A stretch of 64,000 nt of DNA from a bacterium (lineage in GTDB: Bacteria; UBA8248), in NCBI GenBank assembly GCA_965204535.1, contig OZ241996.1, forward strand, positions 896,001 to 960,000, given 5' to 3'. The notes beneath the pieces were generated by a model, which saw nothing but the letters and a program-made list of their open reading frames with translations, did no database searches and had not been told where the DNA came from. The position numbers and the translations under genes are program-made. This document shows, piece by piece, positions 1-9,217 of this stretch. Position 1 is the stretch's first letter; the number at the start of each line of letters is the position of its first letter.

Positions 1-783
1 CCGCAGCGGAATGCACTTTATCAGGCGACCGTGGCGCTCGTCCGTGCCTATGCCAATATCGCCGACGAACTGGAAATGATTGGCTACAGTAATGATGACA
101 TCAACCGCATCAAGCAACAGATTGATCATTCTCTAACTGTTCGGGATATTATCCGCAGAGCCAGTGGCGAGACGCTCGACCTCAAGGCATACGAGGCTGA
201 CATGCGGCATCTCATTGACACCTATATTGAGGCAGACGAGCCGCGAAAGATTTCTCCCTTCGATAGCATGAGCCTAATAGAGTTAATCGTGAAAATCGGG
301 GTCGATAATGCGATCGAAACGCAACTCGGGGGGTTGAAGATAAACAAGAACGCGGTTGCTGAGACAATAGAGAACAACGTTCGCAGCACAATCCTGAAGG
401 CGCATCTAACCGACCCGGCCTATTACAACAAGATGTCGACTCTACTCGACGAAATTATCGCGGCCCGAAAAGCAAAGGCCGTCGAGTATGAAGAATATTT
501 GCGGCGTATCGCGGAACTGGCGAAGAAGGTCGATAAAGGCAAAGATGCTGACACACCCAGGGTTCTGGATACACCAGGCAAGCGAGCTCTTTGGAACAAC
601 TTCGAGCGAAACGAAACACTGGCGCTCAAAGTCGATGCGGCCGTAAAAGAAGTACGCTCCGATGACTGGCGTGGCATTCAGGCTCGTGAGCAAATTATCA
701 AATCAGCTTTGTACGGTATCTTGCAGGATGAGGTGGAAGTTGAGCGAATTTTCTTGGTCATCAAGGCGCAAAGAGAGTACTGA
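1..783 (+). CDS. hsdR: Type I restriction enzyme subunit R, C-terminal part (5' end lies outside the window)
   Basis: Frame open from base 1. Contains 'DLKAYEADMRHLIDTYIEA...AVAETIENNVR...DPAYYNKMSTLLDEII...DDWRG', typical of HsdR C-termini, and is followed by the usual M48/DUF45 gene. Confidence 0.85.
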   Translation, partial: PQRNALYQATVALVRAYANIADELEMIGYSNDDINRIKQQIDHSLTVRDIIRRASGETLDLKAYEADMRHLIDTYIEADEPRKISPFDSMSLIELIVKIGVDNAIETQLGGLKINKNAVAETIENNVRSTILKAHLTDPAYYNKMSTLLDEIIAARKAKAVEYEEYLRRIAELAKKVDKGKDADTPRVLDTPGKRALWNNFERNETLALKVDAAVKEVRSDDWRGIQAREQIIKSALYGILQDEVEVERIFLVIKAQREY

Positions 784-1514
784 TGAACGCCCAACTCGAT
801 CTTAGTGGGGTAGAAGTGGATGTCATCTTCAAAGACATCAAGAATGTTCATCTCAGTGTTTATCCTCCCACTGGCCGGGTACATATCTCCGCCCCTAAAC
901 ATATGAGCCTTGACACCGTTCGCGTGTTCGCTGTTTCCAAACTTGCCTGGATCAAAAAACAACAGAAAAAACTCCAGGAACAAGAACGCGAAACAGCGCG
1001 CGACTATATCGACCGGGAAAGTCACTATGTTTGGGGCAAGCGCTATTTACTCAAGATTGTCGAAGTGAATGATGCGCCGTCGGTTGAATTGAAGGCCAGC
1101 AACATGATTCTGCGGGTTCGTCCTGGCACCAGCGCCGAGGCTAGAGCAGCCATTATTTCTAAGTGGTACCGTAAGCAGATAAAGGCGATTATTCCGGATC
1201 TTCTCGCGAAGTGGGAGCCGATCATAGGCGTAAACGTTGAGCGTGTTTTTGTGCAAAAAATGAAGACGAAATGGGGAAGTTGCAATCCCGATGGGCATAG
1301 TCTTCGCCTCAATACCGATTTGGCCAAGAGACCGTTAAATTACCTTGAGTACATCCTCGTGCACGAGCTAACACACCTACTTGAAAAGACACACAACGAC
1401 CGCTTTACTACACTGATGGACCGATTCATGCCGCAGTGGCGAGAGTATCGAGAAATTCTCAATACAGGCCTGCTCACGCACGAGGATTGGGCTACAAAAC
1501 CTAACCAACGATAG
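783..1514 (+). CDS. M48/DUF45 (YgjP-like) zinc metallohydrolase associated with type I RM
   Basis: 'MKTKWGSCN', 'LRLNTDL', 'YILVHELTHL..THNDRF' (HExxH). TGATG overlap with the hsdR stop. Confidence 0.9.
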   Translation: MNAQLDLSGVEVDVIFKDIKNVHLSVYPPTGRVHISAPKHMSLDTVRVFAVSKLAWIKKQQKKLQEQERETARDYIDRESHYVWGKRYLLKIVEVNDAPSVELKASNMILRVRPGTSAEARAAIISKWYRKQIKAIIPDLLAKWEPIIGVNVERVFVQKMKTKWGSCNPDGHSLRLNTDLAKRPLNYLEYILVHELTHLLEKTHNDRFTTLMDRFMPQWREYREILNTGLLTHEDWATKPNQR

Positions 1515-1713
1515 CTCTGACTGTCGGCACGAACTGAGTAGTACGCGTGACACAACAATCATAGTCAATCTGGGGATCACTGTAGACAAGCCGTCACGAG
1601 CCGAACTTTGGGGGGCGGCCGACAGAAACCCGCCAGGGCACGCAGTCTGGAATTGCCGCAGGCGGAGTTTGCACCGTCTTTATGGATTGCACAAAGTCAA
1701 GTCAGCATGACCA

Positions 1714-2973
1714 TTATAGATTCATCAAAAGCCAATTAGTAATTTTATGGACAGCAGAAAACGATTCGTAAAATCCGCCATGCCATATGGCCACACGATT
1801 CATCCTATCCGTTTCGAAGCTCTCTTGCTCAATAAAGTCGCTGACTGTGCGACTATCCTCTGATGGCCATCCAGAGCCATCATGAAAAGTCGTATTTAAA
1901 GTATGTTTTAGCTCCCATGACCAGAATTCATGAATCTCGAGACGTGCAGTCCTGTATCTCTGCGGGCATGATTTTTCCAAAATAACAACCTGTGGGAGAG
2001 ATCTGTCATGATGATCAGGTCCTTCAAACCTGTTCCGAAGCACTCGGTTGACGTGCAGGTCGCCAAATCCGTATCCGGCAATCAGGATCGCATCGGCTTC
2101 ATGCACGTGTCTGACAAGGGTCGAATAGAATGTTTGATATGGCTCGGCCAGGAGCTGATCCAGTTTGAATCCACCTGCGATCAATGTTGTCAGAGGTATT
2201 GATCTGAAATCCTGCGCCATATCGACTTCCGGAATGCCGGAATCCGTAAATGCTTCTCCAAGTTCTTCTTTCCAGACAATCCACGGCCTGCTTATTTCGT
2301 CGCTGATGCAATGATGAACAGAGCCGTGAATGTGGTAGATGAATCCCCACTCTCGGCGCTGGCTAACGCATAACGGATCAAAGAATCCAGAACAATCAAA
2401 TCCTTTGAATGCCTCAGGCCATGCAGTATGGGCGGCAGTATCGTAGTTCAGGTTGTATATGCCGAGTTTAAAGCGCTCTTGGAGTTTGTGAAAGAAATTC
2501 ATATAGTCGGAAAATGCTGGCTTACGAGTATCAAGCGCTTTGCTTAGTTTCCGCATGTGGTCGGCCAGCTTCTCAAAAAGAAAAGTATGTTGATCCAGCA
2601 CTCGTTTCCTGGCGGCGTACTGGTCAGAACAGTCATGCAGCCAATCGAGCTCGCAAACCGGTCTACCGTCCCTTACCGCATCAGTGAAAGGGGTTCCGAA
2701 GGGAGGAGGCGACAGCCAACTCGCCAGTATATTCATCTCACCCAGCACGCGCTCGTAATTCGGGCGAATGCCGTAATGGTTTGTTCCGTAATAGCGCTCG
2801 AGCGCATCCCAAAGTACGTTGAACACATCGCGCCCTGCATCATTGGGTGGTTCCCGTTCCCATTTTCGACTCCAGCGCTTCATCTGTTTATCGATGTTTT
2901 CAACGCTCGGCATACCGCAGGGGATGGAGCTTCCTGCTCCCAAGATGACGAGGAGTTTCGGCTTTCTGTCCAT
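1714..2973 (-). CDS. SIR2-family (SIR2_2-like) protein, putative anti-phage NADase
   Basis: Sirtuin motifs 'VILGAGSS..GMP', 'YNLNYD', 'YHIHGSV', 'IAGYGFGDLHVN'. Confidence 0.8.
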   Translation of the reverse strand: MDRKPKLLVILGAGSSIPCGMPSVENIDKQMKRWSRKWEREPPNDAGRDVFNVLWDALERYYGTNHYGIRPNYERVLGEMNILASWLSPPPFGTPFTDAVRDGRPVCELDWLHDCSDQYAARKRVLDQHTFLFEKLADHMRKLSKALDTRKPAFSDYMNFFHKLQERFKLGIYNLNYDTAAHTAWPEAFKGFDCSGFFDPLCVSQRREWGFIYHIHGSVHHCISDEISRPWIVWKEELGEAFTDSGIPEVDMAQDFRSIPLTTLIAGGFKLDQLLAEPYQTFYSTLVRHVHEADAILIAGYGFGDLHVNRVLRNRFEGPDHHDRSLPQVVILEKSCPQRYRTARLEIHEFWSWELKHTLNTTFHDGSGWPSEDSRTVSDFIEQESFETDRMNRVAIWHGGFYESFSAVHKITNWLLMNL

Positions 2974-3707
2974 TCAAAGGTCACTCGCATTTAATGGCTT
3001 CGTCAATTCGTTCATTGAACTGCGAAAGTGCGCAAGTAGCATCATCCTGTTCTTCACGAATGTATTTTTTCTACACATTACCCAATATTCAAGAGCACTA
3101 ATATAGGAATATTCTGGTGTGTACAAAAATATTGACATACTTATGTGCAGATGTGAGGAGCGGTGCTCCCGAAACAGGAAGGGAAAATCTTGAATGGGCA
3201 CCTCAAGAATCTTGCTTTAGCCATAATGCTAGTCTCACCGATGCAAAAAGTAATTTCAGTTCTGAATACGGGGAAATATGGAACTGTCGCCTGGTCCTTG
3301 ACGCTCGTTCTGGTTTGTTTCTAGTGTTGACGTTTCCTGTGGATTCGAATTGATTTGCAAATCATGCTGAAGAGGTAATCTCAAACATATTGAAAGAATC
3401 TATCAAAACGGCGAACTATCAAGAATTCCGTTCTAGGCCGCCAAATTCAATTAATTCAGAATTATTGTGCCATCGATTCAACGCTTGAAATTTACCATCC
3501 CGATGTTGAATAGTTTCCTGATTTAGGAAAAATAAACCCTGCCTACCCACGTATATAATTCCATAATCAACCGCCAATAAGGACATTGAAACATATATAA
3601 ACCCGGGAATAACTGGAAATGCAGCGTCCAAAGTATGATGATTGGATCTGTATGGTCGGCTGAGGAAATGGCTCTATCCAGCATCAACAGACAAGAGAGG
3701 AATCTAA

Positions 3708-4061
3708 ATGAAACGAGATATGGAACTTGTCAGGAAAATTCTCCAGCACGCAGAGGCGGACGAGGATGGAGACATAAGCCTATCGAATATTGATGCTGGG
3801 CACTCGATCGATGAAATTGAATTACACGTTGAACTCATGGCGGAAGCGGGACTTGTGGATGCTACGATAACTCACGGAATGGATGGGCCCGGGCACTCAA
3901 TCATTTTTTGCAAAGTGAACAGGTTGACGTGGGATGGACACGAGTTTCTTGAGGCTTCGCGCAAAGATACTCGTTGGAATCTAGCGAAGAAGATGTGCAT
4001 AGAGCAAACAGGAGGCCTTTCGCTCAGCATCTTGAAAGAAATATTAAAGCAAATTCTTTAG
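3708..4061 (+). CDS. DUF2513 family protein
   Basis: 'MKRDMELVRKIL...LMAEAGLV...RLTWDGHEFLEASR...W'. RBS GAGG upstream. Confidence 0.85.
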   Translation: MKRDMELVRKILQHAEADEDGDISLSNIDAGHSIDEIELHVELMAEAGLVDATITHGMDGPGHSIIFCKVNRLTWDGHEFLEASRKDTRWNLAKKMCIEQTGGLSLSILKEILKQIL

Positions 4062-4395
4062 GCGCGGAAAGGACAGGAACGCAATACATTGGAAGGGAGT
4101 TGATAGGACCGGAACGGGTAGCACCTAGGGGATGCAGAAATCCTTGAGCGCTTTTCGAGGGAAATCAGTCACAGCCTTCCCTTATTATCATTGCGGTGCT
4201 CTCTAGTATTACAGCGATCCCTTACGCTTCGGATTGCAGGCAAGCTATTTTTTCTTTTGTCTCTCAGGGCGTTATTCATTTTACCGATTCCAAGGACCTG
4301 CTCTTCTCTGATCACCTCTGCGCCCTCCCAGTAGCCATGGGCGGGTACTTCTAGGGAGAATATTTTAAACCGCTCACGGTAAGGAGGAAGAAATT

Positions 4396-4599
4396 TTGCT
4401 AAAAAAAGATGCCGAGCGACAAATCAAAAACGCAGCGCGAAATTGGATAAGGGACAATCCCAAAGAGGCAGATAACCCCATGGCGCCACTTACTTTTTAT
4501 ACATACCTAGAGAACGAACATCGTGATTTACTGAAATTCCGTTGCAAGGGAAGTAAGTATCAGACCATTAGTGGATGGTTTAGCAATGCTAAAAAATAA
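4396..4599 (+). CDS. Small hypothetical protein (67 aa)
   Basis: Strong RBS AAGGAGG before a TTG start. Protein-like sequence 'FYTYLENEHRDLLKFRCKGSKYQTISGW'. Confidence 0.6.
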   Translation: MLKKDAERQIKNAARNWIRDNPKEADNPMAPLTFYTYLENEHRDLLKFRCKGSKYQTISGWFSNAKK

Positions 4600-4639
4600 C
4601 TAGTTCCTCTAGCTAGAGATATAGTTGCCCATGAACCTC

Positions 4640-4800
4640 GTATGTGGACGCGCCAGTTGATGCAAACATGTCGCCTGAAATTTCGGGGCAGTGAATAGTC
4701 GCAGTCGTATAATGGTCCGATGTGAATTAAACAGTGGGGTGAGCGCGGCTTAAAAAGCATCAGCTCAAACCGACTAAGCCACACAAAATCAATAAATGCC
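4640..4800 (-). mobile_element. Possible remnant of an IS110/IS1111-family 3' non-coding end, no transposase
   Basis: Minus strand reads CACATCGGACC..TATACGACTGCGAC...TTGCATC...GGCGCGTCCACATA, resembling the motif order I recall for IS1111-type right ends. Not verified by search. Confidence 0.35.
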
Positions 4801-4816
4801 TCCGGCATTAGGGACA

Positions 4817-4842
4817 ATATCACCACGTGACCGAATGATTAC
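4817..4842. repeat. Degenerate IS66-type terminal inverted repeat in the flank of the IS dimer
   Basis: atatcaccacgtgaccgaatgattac matches the element's TIR ccatcacggcccgcccgaacgcttac at 17/26 positions without gaps, including the terminal TTAC. Confidence 0.6.
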
Positions 4843-4850
4843 CGACAGTC
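4843..4850. repeat. 8-bp target site duplication CGACAGTC (copies at 4843-4850, 8264-8271, 11685-11692)
   Basis: The same octamer abuts every TIR. 8-bp TSDs are typical of IS66. Confidence 0.95.
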
Positions 4851-4919
4851 GTAAGCGTTCGGGCGGGCCGTGATGGTAGTGCCTTGAAGCAGTAGTTCGG
4901 GCCGGAATGGGGGATGATT

Positions 4920-5792
4920 TTACCGGTTGAGGACTTGCTTCCAGTTTCTGCGCAACGGTCGTAGCCAGATGTCCTTTTTCGGTTGGTCTCGTTTCGTGTA
5001 TCTGTCGTAGCGTCCACGCCCCTGGGTCATACCGACGTGAATCCACCCCGATGCCCTGTAGACGGCGCCGGTGTAGCGCGGCGTCTCGACGAAGGTCTCG
5101 ACGAGGACGGGTGTCGTGCCATAGCGCTCGGTCCAGTCCTCGGGCAGGCGCCTGCGGATGATGGCGAGGAGGTGTGAGCCGAGGTTGAGGATCCTGATCC
5201 ATGGCAGGATGAGGAACCTCGGGTTGTCGACCACGAGGGGGAGGTTCTTCTCGCGCAGCTGCGGCGTCCAGCCGATGAAGCTGTCGCGCGGGGCGAGCTT
5301 CCACGCGGCGGTGGAGAAGCCGAGCATGGCGAGGGGCCTGCCGCCCCGGTCGTGGACGGCGTAGCGCATCTGCGCGCCGACGAGGGTCTTGTAGCCGAGG
5401 TAGTGGTAGCGGGCGACGAACTCGTTCCAGAGCCTGCCCTCGCGGGTTCCGCGCACGGCGACGCGCATATCGAGGGGGCGGACTTCGTCGAGGGTCTCAG
5501 GCGCCGGGATGAGGGGAGGTTCGGTGTCGGGTCCGAAGACGATCGGCCCGGGCCGGTTCTGGCGCCACTTCGGTGGGGGCAGCGTGATCAGGCCGTCCTT
5601 GTGCATGGCCAGCATAGTCACCCGGGCCATCATGTCCTTGAGTCCGCCGTCGGGCTTGTACCAGCCGATTCGGCGGCAGAACTCCTTCGATAGCGCATGG
5701 CGGTTGAGCGCAGGTGGACCTGCGATCAGTTCGCGCAGCAGCGCCATCTCTTCCGTCGTGAAGTCGCGTCCGTGGTAGCGGCACTCGGTCAC
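4920..5792 (-). CDS. DUF4338 (Druantia DruA-like) protein carried inside the IS
   Basis: 'HYLGYK..VGAQMRY', 'GFSTAAW..RDSFIGW', 'NPRFLILPW', 'DWTERYG..PVLVETFV', 'YRASGW..VG.TQGRGR'. Probable N-terminal wHTH. Starts 4 nt after the transposase stop. Confidence 0.85.
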   Translation of the reverse strand: MTECRYHGRDFTTEEMALLRELIAGPPALNRHALSKEFCRRIGWYKPDGGLKDMMARVTMLAMHKDGLITLPPPKWRQNRPGPIVFGPDTEPPLIPAPETLDEVRPLDMRVAVRGTREGRLWNEFVARYHYLGYKTLVGAQMRYAVHDRGGRPLAMLGFSTAAWKLAPRDSFIGWTPQLREKNLPLVVDNPRFLILPWIRILNLGSHLLAIIRRRLPEDWTERYGTTPVLVETFVETPRYTGAVYRASGWIHVGMTQGRGRYDRYTKRDQPKKDIWLRPLRRNWKQVLNR

Positions 5793-5796
5793 GGCG

Positions 5797-8151
5797 TCAT
5801 CCCGGCGCCGTGAGGGCGCGCCTGCGCTCCGTGCTCATCGACCAGGGCAGCCACGCGGAGAGGTCCCCGGGCGCCCGGCCGCCGTTCTCCGCGCAGGCCG
5901 TGAGCCATGCCTCCAGCCAGCGGAGCGGGTCGACCCCGTTCGACGCGAGGGTTCCGAGGACCGAGTACATCATCGCCGTAAACCTGGCGCCGGCCTCGCT
6001 GTCGGAGCCGAACGAGAGCCGCCTGCCGATCACAGGGCCCCGAAGCGCACGTTCGCTGGCGTTGTTATCCATCGGCACCGAGGGGCGTTCGATGAAGACG
6101 CTCAGCCCCTCGCGGTGGTTCAGCAGCGAGCGAAGCGCCTTGCCCTCGCGCGCCTGCGCGGGCAGAGCGGCCATCTCCCGTCGGGCCTGCGCGAACAGGT
6201 CCTTGAGCGCCTTCTTCAATTCGTCGTGCGCCGCGTCGAACGCCGCATCCTGGCGTTCGACGCCCGGGTCGTAACTGGCCAGGCGCGCCTCGTTCAGGCG
6301 GTAAAGCAAGGCAATCCGCTCGATCCATCTCTCGCACCACGGCGTCAGCCGCTCATCGCCGGCGGCGCAGTGGATATAATCGCGCCGGACGTGACTCCAG
6401 CACCATGCGAGAGTCACCAGACCCCCGGGAATGCGCGCCAGCTTCTTGTAGGCGCTGTAGCGGTCGCAGACGATGACCGTATGGGAGCCGGCCGCGCCGA
6501 ACAGCTTCATCGCGACCTCAGCACTCCGCGAGGGGTCGACGTGGAAGTAGACGGAGTCTGCGCTGACCGAGGTCCACAGCCAGGCGCGGCTCGAGCGTCC
6601 TTGTTCGCGAAGCGACTGAACGCGCCACGTCGTCTCGTCCCCGTGACGCACCGCCGCTTCGTTCTGGCGGTCGAGGATCGCCGCAGCCAGCGGCTCGAAG
6701 AGCGGCGTGAAGCGGTGCGTGCTGTCGCCCAGTGTGCCTGCAGAGACCGGAAGCCCCTGGTCGGAGAGCCACGCGGCGACCCGGCGCAGCGGGCGGAAGC
6801 AGGCGTAGCGCTCGAACAGGAAGCGCGCCCACACGCTCGTCCCGTAAGGCGTGCCCGCGAACAGGCGCGGCGCGGCGGGCGCCGACACTTCCACCGGAGA
6901 CGACGCGCACGCGCATCTCCTGCGCCATCTCGGACGGCGGATGACGCGCTTGTGGGCCGAGACTTCGATCTCGAAGATGGAGGAGACCTCGGCGCCATTG
7001 GCCACGTAGGGCTTCCCGCAACCGGCGCAGACGCGCGCACCGGCCGGCGGGTTGCGAACTTCGGTCCTCTCATCGAGCGCGGGCCGCGGGGTGCGGCCAT
7101 GACCGGCGGCGCCGGGTTGCCGGCCGCGCCTGCGCTCCGAGCGCGGCCTCTCCTGCCGTTCGCTCTTGCGCCCGAACAGTCTTCTCGCCAGCACCGCTCC
7201 GGTGGCGCGAAGCTTCGCGAGATCGGCCTCCAGCCGCGCCCGGATGGTCTCTGACTTGCGGAGCGCCCTGCGAAGACGCCCGTTCTCCCTCGACAGCGAC
7301 CTGAGCGCCGTCTTCTGGCGCCGCGACCTCCCCAGGGCCTTGCGCAGTTCCTCATCTGCACGAGACGGCGACTTCGAGCGCGCCGCCTCGAGAGCGCGCA
7401 GCAACCGCGCCTTCAGCCGTTCGGTCGCAATGCCTACGGCCCCCAGGGAGACTTCAAGACGGTAGACCTCCGCAGACAGCGACTCGACCACCTCCGCCTG
7501 GTCGCGCAATCGCCTCAACTTCCTGTAGAGCCCGATGGCCTCCTCGTCCAGGCTCCGAATGGTCTCCTTGTCGGTCGCCGACTTCTGCTTCTCCAGGGCC
7601 AGACGATCTTCGAGCCGGGCAACTTCCTTCTCCCGCCGGCCGACCTCCTTGCGCAGGGCATGAATCGTCTCCTTGCGCTCCTCCAGGGCCTTGCGCAGCC
7701 GCCCCGCCTCCCCCGGCGACGGCACGCCCGAGAGCTCCTTGCGAAGCCGGACGACCTCCATGCGCAGCGACATGAGCGGGCTGCGCTTGCGCGGATCGAC
7801 CCCCGCCTCCGCAAGCAGCTTCTCCAGCCGCGCCACTTCCGCCTTGAGCGACAGCGCGTCCTTCGCCGCGCGGCGGGCTTCCTTCGCCTCCCCGGCGGCC
7901 GCCTCGAGCTTCTTCCGGCTGGCGTCGAGATGCCGCTTCAGCTTGCCCGCACGGGAGCGGGAATCCACTTCCGCCCAACGCAACTCCTCGCAGCGCGCCT
8001 CCGCCGCCTCCGCGCGCGCACGCTCGCGCTCGTACAGCGAACGCCAGTACGCCTCTGCGGTTGTGGACAACCCGGGGGAATGAGGCCATGGCTCATCCGG
8101 CCTCTCGGCCAACGCCAACTCCGTCTCGACAGCTTCTGCGCGAATCTTCAT
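5797..8151 (-). CDS. IS66-family transposase (TnpC-like) with ~320-aa N-terminal coiled coil
   Basis: 'LFGRKSE', zinc finger 'CAGCG...CAC', 'HGDETTW', 'VCDRYSAY', 'CWSHVRR', 'MDNNASERALR'. Confidence 0.93.
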   Translation of the reverse strand: MKIRAEAVETELALAERPDEPWPHSPGLSTTAEAYWRSLYERERARAEAAEARCEELRWAEVDSRSRAGKLKRHLDASRKKLEAAAGEAKEARRAAKDALSLKAEVARLEKLLAEAGVDPRKRSPLMSLRMEVVRLRKELSGVPSPGEAGRLRKALEERKETIHALRKEVGRREKEVARLEDRLALEKQKSATDKETIRSLDEEAIGLYRKLRRLRDQAEVVESLSAEVYRLEVSLGAVGIATERLKARLLRALEAARSKSPSRADEELRKALGRSRRQKTALRSLSRENGRLRRALRKSETIRARLEADLAKLRATGAVLARRLFGRKSERQERPRSERRRGRQPGAAGHGRTPRPALDERTEVRNPPAGARVCAGCGKPYVANGAEVSSIFEIEVSAHKRVIRRPRWRRRCACASSPVEVSAPAAPRLFAGTPYGTSVWARFLFERYACFRPLRRVAAWLSDQGLPVSAGTLGDSTHRFTPLFEPLAAAILDRQNEAAVRHGDETTWRVQSLREQGRSSRAWLWTSVSADSVYFHVDPSRSAEVAMKLFGAAGSHTVIVCDRYSAYKKLARIPGGLVTLAWCWSHVRRDYIHCAAGDERLTPWCERWIERIALLYRLNEARLASYDPGVERQDAAFDAAHDELKKALKDLFAQARREMAALPAQAREGKALRSLLNHREGLSVFIERPSVPMDNNASERALRGPVIGRRLSFGSDSEAGARFTAMMYSVLGTLASNGVDPLRWLEAWLTACAENGGRAPGDLSAWLPWSMSTERRRALTAPG

Positions 8152-8340
8152 GCCGACATCATTAGCACATGTCGAATCGCGTTACCAGTCGCCCGGGAAA
8201 ATTCTATCCGATGGAGGCGATGCGCCCGGCGCCGGGTCCATCACGGCCCGCCCGAACGCTTACCGACAGTCGTAAGCGTTCGGGCGGGCCGTGATGGTAG
8301 TGCCTTGAAGCAGTAGTTCGGGCCGGAATGGGGGATGATT

Positions 8341-9213
8341 TTACCGGTTGAGGACTTGCTTCCAGTTTCTGCGCAACGGTCGTAGCCAGATGTCCTTTTT
8401 CGGTTGGTCTCGTTTCGTGTATCTGTCGTAGCGTCCACGCCCCTGGGTCATACCGACGTGAATCCACCCCGATGCCCTGTAGACGGCGCCGGTGTAGCGC
8501 GGCGTCTCGACGAAGGTCTCGACGAGGACGGGTGTCGTGCCATAGCGCTCGGTCCAGTCCTCGGGCAGGCGCCTGCGGATGATGGCGAGGAGGTGTGAGC
8601 CGAGGTTGAGGATCCTGATCCATGGCAGGATGAGGAACCTCGGGTTGTCGACCACGAGGGGGAGGTTCTTCTCGCGCAGCTGCGGCGTCCAGCCGATGAA
8701 GCTGTCGCGCGGGGCGAGCTTCCACGCGGCGGTGGAGAAGCCGAGCATGGCGAGGGGCCTGCCGCCCCGGTCGTGGACGGCGTAGCGCATCTGCGCGCCG
8801 ACGAGGGTCTTGTAGCCGAGGTAGTGGTAGCGGGCGACGAACTCGTTCCAGAGCCTGCCCTCGCGGGTTCCGCGCACGGCGACGCGCATATCGAGGGGGC
8901 GGACTTCGTCGAGGGTCTCAGGCGCCGGGATGAGGGGAGGTTCGGTGTCGGGTCCGAAGACGATCGGCCCGGGCCGGTTCTGGCGCCACTTCGGTGGGGG
9001 CAGCGTGATCAGGCCGTCCTTGTGCATGGCCAGCATAGTCACCCGGGCCATCATGTCCTTGAGTCCGCCGTCGGGCTTGTACCAGCCGATTCGGCGGCAG
9101 AACTCCTTCGATAGCGCATGGCGGTTGAGCGCAGGTGGACCTGCGATCAGTTCGCGCAGCAGCGCCATCTCTTCCGTCGTGAAGTCGCGTCCGTGGTAGC
9201 GGCACTCGGTCAC
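8341..9213 (-). CDS. DUF4338 (DruA-like) protein, copy 2
   Basis: Translation identical to 4920-5792. Confidence 0.85.
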   Translation of the reverse strand: MTECRYHGRDFTTEEMALLRELIAGPPALNRHALSKEFCRRIGWYKPDGGLKDMMARVTMLAMHKDGLITLPPPKWRQNRPGPIVFGPDTEPPLIPAPETLDEVRPLDMRVAVRGTREGRLWNEFVARYHYLGYKTLVGAQMRYAVHDRGGRPLAMLGFSTAAWKLAPRDSFIGWTPQLREKNLPLVVDNPRFLILPWIRILNLGSHLLAIIRRRLPEDWTERYGTTPVLVETFVETPRYTGAVYRASGWIHVGMTQGRGRYDRYTKRDQPKKDIWLRPLRRNWKQVLNR

Positions 9214-9217
9214 GGCG

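Larger units (their letters stand above)
4851..8263 (-). mobile_element. IS66-family element, copy 1 (3413 bp), transposase plus DUF4338 passenger
   Basis: Perfect 26-bp TIRs GTAAGCGTTCGGGCGGGCCGTGATGG at 4851-4876 and 8238-8263, 8-bp TSD, IS66 DDE transposase. Confidence 0.95.

Noticed and set aside
3050-3706. AT-rich stretch with broken reading frames, possibly a pseudogene
   Set aside because: Several stops and no recognisable motif, so no product can be supported.
4552-4577. gtaagtatcagaccattagtggatgg as a partner for the degenerate IS end at 4817
   Set aside because: Only 13/26 match and it lies inside a plausible ORF; likely chance.
4920-9213. Druantia defence system
   Set aside because: Only the DUF4338 gene is present, inside an IS. 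There is no DruE helicase or other dru gene.
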